NCBI GenBank assembly: GCA_039545335.1
Contig: BCIN01000006.1
Coordinates: 558,001-622,000 of the forward strand
Reading direction: 5' to 3'
Length of the DNA: 64,000 bases
DNA from: Kondoa subrosea
Lineage: Eukaryota
Shown here: positions 13,170 to 23,795 of the stretch, one piece after another
Layout of the letters: each line of letters starts with the position of its first letter
How positions within the stretch are numbered: the first letter of the stretch is position 1
Notes under the pieces: generated by a model
Databases searched by the model: none
Seen by the model: the letters and a program-made list of their open reading frames with translations, nothing else
Told to the model about the DNA's origin: nothing
Made by a program: the position numbers and the translations under genes

Positions 13170-14923
13170 CTAATACTTGACCAGATCCTACAAGCGTGCA
13201 GTGTCAGTACACGATTACTCATTGGAAGATTCAAAAAGCAACGAACCTGTCTCAAGACCTGTCTGTATCTGACGTCGTGATCTGCCTCAGATCCAGCACC
13301 TGCTTTGAGAGCGCGAACTGCAATTCCAGCATCCTTCATGTCATAGCTCTTCACCCAAGTTCTAACGTTCTTGTCAACAGCAAGCTTGAGCATAGCAATG
13401 CATTCCTTCTTGGAACCGCTGTAATTAGTAACATGATCAGGATTGGATTCAGCAACAGAAAGTTCTAGTACGAACATGTGAGTGACCATGAATCTAGCAC
13501 CGTTGGCAGCGAAATCTTGAGCTTGCATAGATGGTAGAGGTTCGTTTGGCAGACCAACGCTGACAACCACACCGTGTACGGAAAGAACAGACATGAGGTC
13601 AGAAAGAGGAATAGCTGAAGCGAGATCGACAGTGGTAATCTAAGGCAAGTATGTCAGAAGAACCCGGTGAAAGGTGGAAAAAGCGACTTGCGATGATATC
13701 GAGATCCTTGACATCGTCAGACTTGAGGCCTTCTTCAGCTCCACCAGTCTCAACGAATTTGGTAGCTCCCATCTTCATTGCATCTTCCTTCTTGCTGGAG
13801 GTGTGAGAGATGGCAACAATTTCATCAGCTCCCAAAGCCTTGGCCCATTGAATGGCGTAGCTATCACGGTGATGAGTATTAATTTGAATGATGCTGGAAG
13901 TATGCTTACTGTCCAAGACCTCCAATTCCAACGACACCGACTTTCTTTCCTGGACCGCAACCATTGCGTACAAGAGGAGAGTAAGCAGTTAAACCTAAGC
14001 TGGGAGTCAGCAGTAGATCAGCGAATAAGCGGCAAACCCACCTCCGCACATCATAGCAGCAGCTTGTTCAAGTTCGAGTTCGTCTGGTATCTGTTCATAC
14101 AATATTAGACAGCTTCGAGACGCAAATGGAGGAAACTAACCTTGAAGACGAATCGTTCATGAGCTCTGATACCAGAAGAGTAACCTCCGTGAGCGATGTC
14201 TCCCTTGGCACCTTCGTGGCTGTATGAAGCGTTGTAGGTGTCGACTTGTTGAGGGCAGTAGTTTTCGTCTATCGAAAGCCAGTAAGAAAAGAGAAGCACA
14301 ACACAAGCAAAGAACTCACTGTCAGCCTTGCATCGGTCACATTCGAGACAAGCCCAAACTTGAGCACCAACACCGGCTGAAAACAGAGTGAGAAACGTCA
14401 AACATCGAAAAGAGCTGGCTCACCTCTGTCACCAGCCTTGAATTCAGTAACCTTGGAGCCAACACGGGTAACGATTCCTGCGACCTCATGACCACTGCAT
14501 GAGGTATAAGTCTGTTGTATCTTTGGGAAAGACTTGGACGAACGTGATCATTCCAACGCTGTCTTTTGGAATTCCCCCTATTCAAGCCAAATCAGCTCTG
14601 ATTCAGAAGACATATGAGCAAGCTTACATTCTCCCCATCCACCAGAAATGGTGTGAACACTGTGACAACTCATCAATTCCTGGCTTTCGAGAACACATCG
14701 GGAAACTCACTCTGAACCGCAGACACCGCAGAAGTGGGTAGCGATTTCGACATCGTAGTCTTCCATACGCTTAGGCTCGAAGTCTACGACCTGTTGAAAG
14801 CGGCAGTAGATGAGAAATCACGGAACTTCGGACATGTCATATATTGCGACTCACCTCGAATTTGTCCCAATTTTCAGGGCTTTTAACTGCATATCCTTTG
14901 AAGATCGCCTTTTCTGGAGCCAT
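13170..14923 (-). CDS. Zn-dependent NADP alcohol dehydrogenase (Adh6/cinnamyl-alcohol dehydrogenase type)
   Basis: FKGYAV, CGVCG, GHEV, AGVGAQVWACLECDRC, HGGYSSGIRAHERFVF, GIGGLG, VRYR. Many introns. Confidence 0.93.
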
Positions 14924-16262
14924 TTCTGCAATAAGAGAGTAAAGTCTTGGTTTGAGAGAAGCTTGAGAATGCTGGGAAAATCGAAAACGAAATCTGCCTT
15001 TCGCGTAATGACCGCATTGTTTGTTCAAGTAAGAAAGTCTCCGATGTGGGCTCTCTGCCAGCAGCGGCAGGAGTTTGGAGTATACGGGAGCATGTAGTGA
15101 TAGTAGTAGGCCGTCGTCACAAGCTCGGTAGTGTCGGAGGTCACCATAGAACACTTTGCGGTGTATTTGTTTGTACAAAATCATTATCGCTTGCTAGCTT
15201 GACGTGATATACATGGTATGCTGCGACAGCATGTCGTAGATTGGTTCTGTATCAGAAAGTCAGAATGCCGTCGAATAAGCAGGCCAACGGATCAGAGCGG
15301 TGAATGCGACGCATCCCTCTCCCACAAGGGAAGAAGAGGGCAACAGAGCACCGTAACATAGGCTGACAGTGATAGTCTACGGAGAAGAGAGAGAAAGAAG
15401 TCAGGGAGGACCAACGAGGTGACCGCAGAGGTACCAGCAACTAGAAGCTGACCATGACGCCATCAAGCATAACGAAGAATTGATCTACCTCGTGAAAGTA
15501 CATTCGCCAGCCTCTGCAATAGTACGCACAGCACTCCAGACGAAAAGGCAAAGGATCTACAGCAGAACTACGCAATGATATTTTCTGAAATAGCGCGATC
15601 ATCCCTTGAGCAGATACTATGGACGAACTGGAATGCGGATATTGCGGATTGCAGTGCAAGTAGCAATAAGCTCGTCAAGAGAGTATGTGAAAGCAACTGC
15701 ATTGGACAGAACATTGGCAAGGCAAATTCGACTGGAGTTCTGGCACTACGGCAACGAGCGGAAAACAGTAAGACAGTGCATGGGCCGAGTGTTTGTGTGT
15801 CAGTCAACCTCCATCAAGTGCATAATCTGACAAATTGGCTCGAATATCGTTGCTATAAGTCAAAGTTCTGTGCTGCTTCATTTTATGGTCGAGCTCCTTG
15901 GATCTGTCTTCTGCTGTGCTTCTACAATGCGCTGAACGGATGTTGCTCTTCGTGTGCAGAATTTGTGCTAAGGACTCAAGGCAAGATCTTCGCAGCAAGA
16001 GTTTTATTCGATAGTCGCTTGAATGTTCTTTCCCTTGTCTGCACTACTTCTCTGCCGCTTGGTGCACTGCAATTACTGCAGCGCTTTATCAATCTTCGCA
16101 CATGGCCACGACCTTCAGTGTCCTTTAGCACAGCTCGCAACCCTACCTGTTATGCATCGCTTTTCTTCGCCTTATAGTCACTGGTGATGGATAGTGTACC
16201 TGCTCGGGTTACACTGGCTATATAAAAGCGTGCCGCTTCTATTTGACAACGAACGAAGCAAG

Positions 16263-17242
16263 ATGTGCGCCTGCTTAGACATTCAAAACGCACTCGACCT
16301 CTCTAAAGAAGTTCTAGCTCTGAAAGCCTACGATCCTACTCCAAAGGTCAATGACATCTTCTCTCGCCTGGTCAAGCTCTGCCTCGACTGCCATGATCCT
16401 CACTTCGTCGAACGTGTTCAAGAGCATGATCCCAAATTCGATGTCAATGCATTAGTAGATTGCTGNTTGAAAGCTGAATCGTGCATGGAAAATCANTGGG
16501 CGAAGAAGATTGNAAGCGGTGAGGCGAAAGTGACGGATTTTTGGTATCACCAGAATTATGGTTCGTTGACCTTTCCCTTCATAGTAATACATCGTAATTT
16601 CCCAACCAAAGTCGACATTACTGAATACGAAACTCAAGCATTAAAGTCATGCGGATTCGATTTCAAAGACAGACAAGATCATCATGTCGTGTTGATCGGA
16701 TCTGGTCCTCTTCCCTTGACGGCTTTCTTGCTCGCTCAAGCTTTCCCAAACGTCCAAGTGACTCTGATCGATCGCGATGCTGAGGCTCATAGTATGGCAG
16801 AGGCATGGATGAAGAAAGTGAATGCGGAAACGGCTTCGAGACTGCATTTCGTGTGCAAGGATTTCTTTGGTTGCTCTGCAGAGATGTTCAAGGCATTTGA
16901 TGTGGTTTACGTTGCTGTCAGTGCACTCTTTTCCTCAGACTGAAAAAGGTCAACTGATTCATTCCGTTTCAGGCCAGCATTGGAAGCGATCAAGACCGAC
17001 ATGGAGGTATTGCCGCTCATTTAGCAACACTCTTGCGACCTAGTGCTTGGTTGGCAGTCCGCACAGCTGAGAACGCTTGCCGCTTACTATACCACTCTTT
17101 CCCTTTGGCTCAACTCCAGAAAGCTGGTTTCCAAAACGCAACTACCTTTCCACCTCCAGCTAGTATTGTCAACAACGTGCATATCGCTCAGCAAAGGACT
17201 AAGGAATGCGATTGCGGAAATCATGGGCATAGACAAGCATAA
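16263..17242 (+). CDS. NAS: Nicotianamine synthase (NAS family SAM-dependent aminocarboxypropyl transferase), copy 1
   Basis: PTPKVNDIFSRLVKLC, AESCME..WA, FWYHQNY, IGSGPLPLT, IDRD, FDVVYVAA, VRTAENACRLLY. Introns at 16561-16611 and 16917-16972. Confidence 0.88.
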
Positions 17243-17444
17243 GGGATTGTTTCTTTGCATGCCATGTGTGATAAAGCAGCGTTTTGGATATATGCAATGC
17301 ACAAGCAGCTTAACGATGTAATCCCAATTCATATTTAAGCCTCGCAACGGATTCGGCTCAAAGGAGAGAAATCCGCGATTTTTAAGAAAATGGGCAGCCG
17401 GCAAAAAAAGAGGGTCTGGTCCTTGGAGAGACCTGAATCCTAGA

Positions 17445-17584
17445 AGCCTGACGTGGGGGTCGAACCCACAGCCTTTCGATTGGACTGGTTTTAAGAGTCG
17501 AATGCTCTACCGATTCTGTTGAGGATACGATTTAGAATGTGCTGCTTTGGTTGAATGAAAGGAAAACTTACGAGCTAGCCGGGC
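17445..17584 (-). tRNA. tRNA-Lys(CUU) with D-arm GT-AG intron (17516-17571) and anticodon-loop intron; copy 1
   Basis: Exact reverse complement of 22474-22613. Confidence 0.85.
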
Positions 17585-18569
17585 TCTTAAGCGTTGATGT
17601 GCGGAGCCGGCTTTGACAATACAGAACTAATTGAACAAAATTTGTAAGACAAAAATCAAGAAAATCAATCGAAAACGCTCTTGAAAGGATTTCAAGCACG
17701 TATTGGAACCTCTAGATGGTAGGCAAAGTGTAGAGTTTGATCAGATCGGTTGGAATTCGAGAAAGGATTGACTCAGAAGCGACAAAAAAGGAGAGAGCAT
17801 GTTTTGCGATCGGTCTGATTGATCGGCAGATGAGGGAAGGACATGAAGGACATGAAGCGCGTTGGATTGTCAATCAGCGTGTGAGACTGGAAGACAGGTG
17901 GCCGGGTGATACTTATACTTGACAGAGAATGACCAGCGAGGGAGACAAAGAGCCAGAAGATGAATGATGACCATAAGACATGGTCAGGTGCTTTGATGGC
18001 TATTCAAGTTGGACTCCACTGCAGGCACTATGGTCGGGTGGACAGTCATGAAAGGGAAACAAGGGAAGAAGGCCTGTCTTGAGCGTGAAGTCAAGCAAAG
18101 CGGAAAGAGGCAAGACGGGGACTGGTATAGAGGTGAATATCCGCAGACTATTGTGGAATTCATCTTAAGCGGTTGCTCTCCTACAAACCGTCGTCGCGGA
18201 TCGAATCGATTGGAATAGTGAAACATCAATTCAGCCGATTCTGTGCCAGTCGTGCTCGAGGACACAGAGTCAAAGGATAGCTTGAACACATACGATGCGA
18301 GAAGTCTGCGTTGACAGTACACGGAAAGACAGGAACGAGGAAGAGAATGTCGCAGGCAGTACCAACACCGCAGGGAAGGACAGCAAAAGAGTTCGAAGCA
18401 ACATGATACAGGCATTTACATGAGCCTATTCTTTTTCCTCTTCTTTGGGCGGAGGTGGAGGTTCTCGCGTTTTCCAACCGAAGAGACTGAAAGCAGCGGT
18501 AAAGAAGGATGCAATCTGATCATCGATACCAATTAGGTCTACGAGCACAGCTCGATTGCAGACAACGTA

Positions 18570-19542
18570 CTACCACCAGACTAGGTGGACCAATTTCATC
18601 AGATAGCCAGGGAAAGCACATGCGCGTCTACCTACATAAAGGCAACCACAAGCAACCCCACTATTGATAGTCAGTTCAGAATTCGGAGCAGGAGCACATG
18701 ACTCACTTCCAGGTCCTAACTTAGCTTTTCCACCGGCCAAGAAAGTCTGTTCAGCGGCTCTCTGCACTATGAAGACGGCCAATACTGTTTCAAGCAGACA
18801 AAATTGAGCCCTAAACTGGCCTGATCAGTCAATCATCAATCAGTATATGTGTAAAGACGATTTACCAGAAGCAGAGGTACAGCGGCCAAGCTGAATCAGG
18901 TCAGTTCAGGGTTATATCCAAGCGCGTTACGCTCACGAGATTTCACTATACTACTTGTTGGATCATCTCCTTCATGCCTAGTCCATGATATTAGCTATGC
19001 TATAATGCTACTAAACAAACGTACCGAAAGACAAACAGCGCCGAAATTGCTGCAAAGAAACAGATGATGCCTGTCAATGTATAGTCAGAATGAATGCCAT
19101 ACAAGATGATCAGGGCTCACAAGAGGTCAACGCCCAACCTCGAAGCCACGATAATTCCCACATGACTGCTTGGTTCAGTAACAAGAAGTCCAGCAAAAGC
19201 GTGCTTCTTACTTTGAGTAGGTCCACAGCCGGGAGCAGCACATTGCTGTAAGCAAGTTGAAGCAACGTCTGTGAGCAGCGGTCTCAAGCGTATGTCAATT
19301 TTCAAGCGAATGATACGAACCAATATTCTATTGAGCAACATTGAGCTTAGGTTATGAAGCGCATACGAGCAGAAGGTACTGACTGAGCATGCATGCCAAT
19401 CAAGGACTCCGCATCGCTGATCTCCTACTTCCAGCAGATAGAGTTCTGGCTTACATAGCGCAACAAGGGGGATTAGAAGTATAGCAGCGATAGTAGTAAA
19501 GCCTATAATAATGGCATTGATCGTAGTGTCGCTCAACGCCAT
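18570..19542 (-). CDS. Orphan multi-pass membrane protein encoded by many small exons (palindrome spacer)
   Basis: Starts MALSDTTINAIIIGFTTIAAILLIPLVAL. A series of GTAAG/GTGAG/GTACG...AG introns follows, with hydrophobic exons (IICFFAAISALFVFR, WPLYLCF, FCLLETVLAVFIV). The 3' end is uncertain. Confidence 0.55.
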
Positions 19543-20160
19543 GAAGTGAGATCGAGACAAGACAAGACAAGAGCAAATTGAAATTCGAAGCGATCAGAAG
19601 TGTATATGACAAAGGGGAAGGAAGATCAAGATTGTCCTTAACAATCTGATAAAGCAAGTCTTCTATAGGCCCAGCAGTTGAAGTAACCTTCGGACTCTGT
19701 AACTGTCCAGACAGTGGATCCTCTTCGAAACTTGAGATGGATTAATGGATTTCCACGTTCGCTCGTTCGCTGACGGCGACACAACGCGTTGAGAGGACTT
19801 TTAACCAGTCCTATACCATTTTAAAGGCATCTATGAGGTTGTTGGTCATCATAGAAGAAGAACAACCACCTTCAAGAAATCTGGAGAATGCATTGTAATT
19901 CGAGTCCCTGATGCGCTGGTCACAGTGTGAACTGGGATGCTCAGCATCTGCTATTCCATCCCACGATATATGGCAGTGATACAGCTTGACTTGCACGAGG
20001 CTTTCATCTCGGCTTGTTGCGTAATGAATCCAATGATTGCCTGATTGATGAAGATACTTTCATTCCGTTACTTACGTACTGTCCTGAGACTTGTCTTACG
20101 CTATTCTTCCTCGCTCTCTTCTCCTTCTCCTTATCCTTTTCCAGTTCCATATCACTGCGA

Positions 20161-21549
20161 ATGACAAGCCAATCAAGCGGTGACGGGGATTCTACGAAGT
20201 TTGCGAAGAAGATGCTGACCCGTCAGATGGTGCGCTATACTTATACTGTACTTTGCGATCGATAACTGATGCTTAGAAATGAAGGATATCTTCTCTTGGA
20301 TCTCCTAGAGCTACGTCTTTCAGCCCGACCTCAGCAAGCACTCAAGTCGGCAGAAGAGCTAAGGAACAGCAAGCTGATCGAGTCATTTTGTCATCGCATT
20401 CCTGCTCATATCAAAGAACATCCTCGCTTCAAGGTACAAATAGTCAAAACCGGAAATGAGAAACATCCTTACGCATGCATAGTGAAGATGTCTATACCTG
20501 TGGAGCCTAAAGGTCCAAAGACAACTCTTAAAGAGGTGCTGCGGACATACTTTACTCAAGACGAAAGGAATCCTTGCTCTCCAGCCGAACGTATGTCAAC
20601 ACACCGCTCTTTAAGCGTTTTCTTGCGCTGATCACACTGTTCAACGCTAGTTGTACTCTGCAAGCGCTTCTTCCATCAGGAAGACAAAAAGAAACGAGCT
20701 CGTTGGCGCCGAGACTATGCGTTGGTAGCAGCATATGCCTTAGAGCACGGAAGTGAGGAAGCGGAAGAATTGCATCGAGCTACTATGACAAACAAATGGC
20801 CTCTTAATAAGCTGACTGTTCTGGTCAAACAAAGACTGAAGAAACAGAGGGGCATTCGGGTTACTACAAAAAGGGCTCGTCTAGGCGAAAATAAACCACA
20901 AATCAAGATCACCAATATTGGCAAAGATCTCTACGTTTTCCGTATAACCAAGCAGCAAGAGCATCTTGTTTCCTCGTCTTCCTCTTCGCGTGCTTTCGAT
21001 CATCTGTCTTCGACCTCACCTCGTTCTGTCGGTAAGAACAAGTCGCACGAAGAGGTTACCGCATCAAAGCCGTCGATGGCACAAGGGGACCTACAGGATA
21101 CCACTCAGATCAAATTCACTTCTAGCCTCTCCCCGGAAGCAACGGAATTTGTGCCAGTCAATATGCCTGGCTTGGTCCAAGAGGAAGCAGAAACTTCACA
21201 GTATGAAAAGACGCAGAATTTGGAACAGAGAATTGAATGTCAAGCAGACGAGAAGCCGGCGTTGCGGAGACTTGATCCAGACCATTTGCTGCGGAATGTC
21301 CTGCGAGCACCAAGAACACATCAAGCTCCGGGATCATCACAAATCGTTAGCGAAATGAGCCAGATAACATTCAATTCTTCTACCTACACAGGAATCGACC
21401 CTTATCTTTACACAACATTGTCGAAATTGGCATATCAACAGCCTCTTTCGCCAGCTCAAACTTCCATCCTCAACATCCCGTCAAGAGGTGTGCCTAGGGC
21501 GTCTTCCTACTCGGCTCGTATGCCATACCCGTATGTCTACTTGGAATAG
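20161..21549 (+). CDS. Orphan basic protein with PAM2-like motif (palindrome spacer)
   Basis: ORFs 20161-, 20269-20631 and 20722-21549 are linked by probable introns. SSLSPEATEFVP lies at 21121-21156. Confidence 0.55.
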
Positions 21550-22473
21550 CTCTACTCTTCAATTTGCAGGTAAGTCTCCTCTTCTTGTACAGGCCAAAAG
21601 TGGTGCAGCTGAAATTCCAGCTATAGTATTATGCCACAAACTATCTCTCTGCAACCCTAATAACACTATCAGGCCGACCGTTACGCGAGTTTTATCGGTC
21701 AATGCATCAGAATTGGTGGCAGTGTATTTTTGAGTCGCCTCTGGTGCTCATCTATAGCCGCCTCATATCTATCGATGTCCTGGTCATCTGTTTGACCTAC
21801 TTTTGATGCCTGTTGCGCGATGTGACGACGTACTTGAAAGCTATTTGCCGGAGCAAGACATGTTGAATCTTCTTGCCTTCGGTCTGTGTCGATCTGTGGC
21901 CCAACTCTCCATATCTGCATACTTTCTCGGCGCTCATACTACTGTCTTCCATCTGTACATGCACGAAACTGTTTCTCGGCCAAGACCTCGCGTGCTTCCC
22001 TTATTTGCCTTTTCATGACTGTCCACCCGACCATACTGCCTGCAGCGGAGTCCAATTTGAACTCTCAAACCACCTGATCAGGGCTCTTGATCCTTGACCT
22101 TCTGGCTCTTTGTCTCCCTCGCTGGTCATTCTCTGTCAAGTATAAGTATCACCCGGCCACCTGTCTTCCAGTCTCACACGCTGATTGACAATCCAACGCG
22201 CTTCATGTCCTTCATGTCCTTCCCTCATCTGCCGATCAATCAGACCGATCGCAAAACATGCTCTCTCCTTTTTTGTCGCTTCTGAGTCAATCCTTTCTCG
22301 AATTCCAACCGATCTGATCAAACTCTACACTTTGCCTACCATCTAGAGGTTCCAATACGTGCTTGAAATCCTTTCAAGAGCGTTTTCGATTGATTTTCTT
22401 GATTTTTGTCTTACAAATTTTGTTCAATTAGTTCTGTATTGTCAAAGCCGGCTCCGCACATCAACGCTTAAGA

Positions 22474-22613
22474 GCCCGGCTAGCTCGTAAGTTTTCCTTT
22501 CATTCAACCAAAGCAGCACATTCTAAATCGTATCCTCAACAGAATCGGTAGAGCATTCGACTCTTAAAACCAGTCCAATCGAAAGGCTGTGGGTTCGACC
22601 CCCACGTCAGGCT
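22474..22613 (+). tRNA. tRNA-Lys(CUU) with 56-nt GT-AG intron (22487-22542) and 11-nt anticodon-loop intron (22567-22577); copy 2
   Basis: Removing both introns gives GCCCGGC TA GCTC AATCGGTA GAGC A TTCGA CTCTTAA TCGAA AGGCT GTGGG TTCGACC CCCAC GTCAGGC T. D, anticodon and T stems pair perfectly; the acceptor stem has one C4-A69 mismatch. Confidence 0.85.
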
Positions 22614-22648
22614 TCTAGGATTCAGGTCTCTCCAAGGACCAGACCCTC

Positions 22649-22655
22649 TTTTTTT
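22649..22655 (+). terminator. Probable Pol III terminator (T7) for tRNA-Lys; mirror copy at 17403-17409 on the minus strand
   Basis: Run of seven T about 36 nt downstream of the discriminator base. Confidence 0.6.
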
Positions 22656-22815
22656 GCCGGCTGCCCATTTTCTTAAAAATCGCGGATTTCTCTCCTTTGA
22701 GCCGAATCCGTTGCGAGGCTTAAATATGAATTGGGATTACATCGTTAAGCTGCTTGTGCATTGCATATATCCAAAACGCTGCTTTATCACACATGGCATG
22801 CAAAGAAACAATCCC

Positions 22816-23795
22816 TTATGCTTGTCTATGCCCATGATTTCCGCAATCGCATTCCTTAGTCCTTTGCTGAGCGATATGCACGTTGTTGACAATACTAGCT
22901 GGAGGTGGAAAGGTAGTTGCGTTTTGGAAACCAGCTTTCTGGAGTTGAGCCAAAGGGAAAGAGTGGTATAGTAAGCGGCAAGCGTTCTCAGCTGTGCGGA
23001 CTGCCAACCAAGCACTAGGTCGCAAGAGTGTTGCTAAATGAGCGGCAATACCTCCATGTCGGTCTTGATCGCTTCCAATGCTGGCCTGAAACGGAATGAA
23101 TCAGTTGACCTTTTTCAGTCTGAGGAAAAGAGTGCACTGACAGCAACGTAAACCACATCAAATGCCTTGAACATCTCTGCAGAGCAACCAAAGAAATCCT
23201 TGCACACGAAATGCAGTCTCGAAGCCGTTTCCGCATTCACTTTCTTCATCCATGCCTCTGCCATACTATGAGCCTCAGCATCGCGATCGATCAGAGTCAC
23301 TTGGACGTTTGGGAAAGCTTGAGCGAGCAAGAAAGCCGTCAAGGGAAGAGGACCAGATCCGATCAACACGACATGATGATCTTGTCTGTCTTTGAAATCG
23401 AATCCGCATGACTTTAATGCTTGAGTTTCGTATTCAGTAATGTCGACTTTGGTTGGGAAATTACGATGTATTACTATGAAGGGAAAGGTCAACGAACCAT
23501 AATTCTGGTGATACCAAAAATCCGTCACTTTCGCCTCACCGCTTACAATCTTCTTCGCCCANTGATTTTCCATGCACGATTCAGCTTTCAAACAGCAATC
23601 TACTAATGCATTGACATCGAATTTGGGATCATGCTCTTGAACACGTTCGACGAAGTGAGGATCATGGCAGTCGAGGCAGAGCTTGACCAGGCGAGAGAAG
23701 ATGTCATTGACCTCTGGAGTAGGATCGTAGGCTTACAGAGCTAGAACTTCGTTGGAGAGGTCGAGCACGTTCTGAATGTTGAGACAGGCGTTCAT
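22816..23795 (-). pseudogene. NAS: Nicotianamine synthase copy 2 with premature stop at codon 21
   Basis: Reads MNACLNIQNVLDLSNEVLAL then TAA (23733-23735), where copy 1 has AAA (16323-16325). The downstream core matches copy 1. Confidence 0.7.

Larger units (their letters stand above)
16149..17959 (+). repeat. Left arm of large inverted repeat (apparently identical core 16345-17959; diverged homology from ~16149)
   Basis: Reverse complement of 22099-23889. Paired core coordinates sum to 40058 and the ORF translations are identical on opposite strands. Confidence 0.97.

Noticed and set aside
15252..16130. Short ORFs, including a signal-peptide-like MQLLSHTLLTSLLLLALQSAISA on the minus strand and ORF 15575-16177 on the plus strand
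   Set aside because: I could not build a consistent spliced gene or recognise any domain.
17600..17959. Short ORFs inside the identical arms (e.g. 17737-17922 and 22136-22321)
   Set aside because: They are identical only because of the repeat, lack an ATG start, and have no recognisable product.
18570..21549. Mating-type locus (divergent gene pair between inverted repeats)
   Set aside because: No homeodomain, HMG box, STE3 receptor or CAAX pheromone motif was seen.
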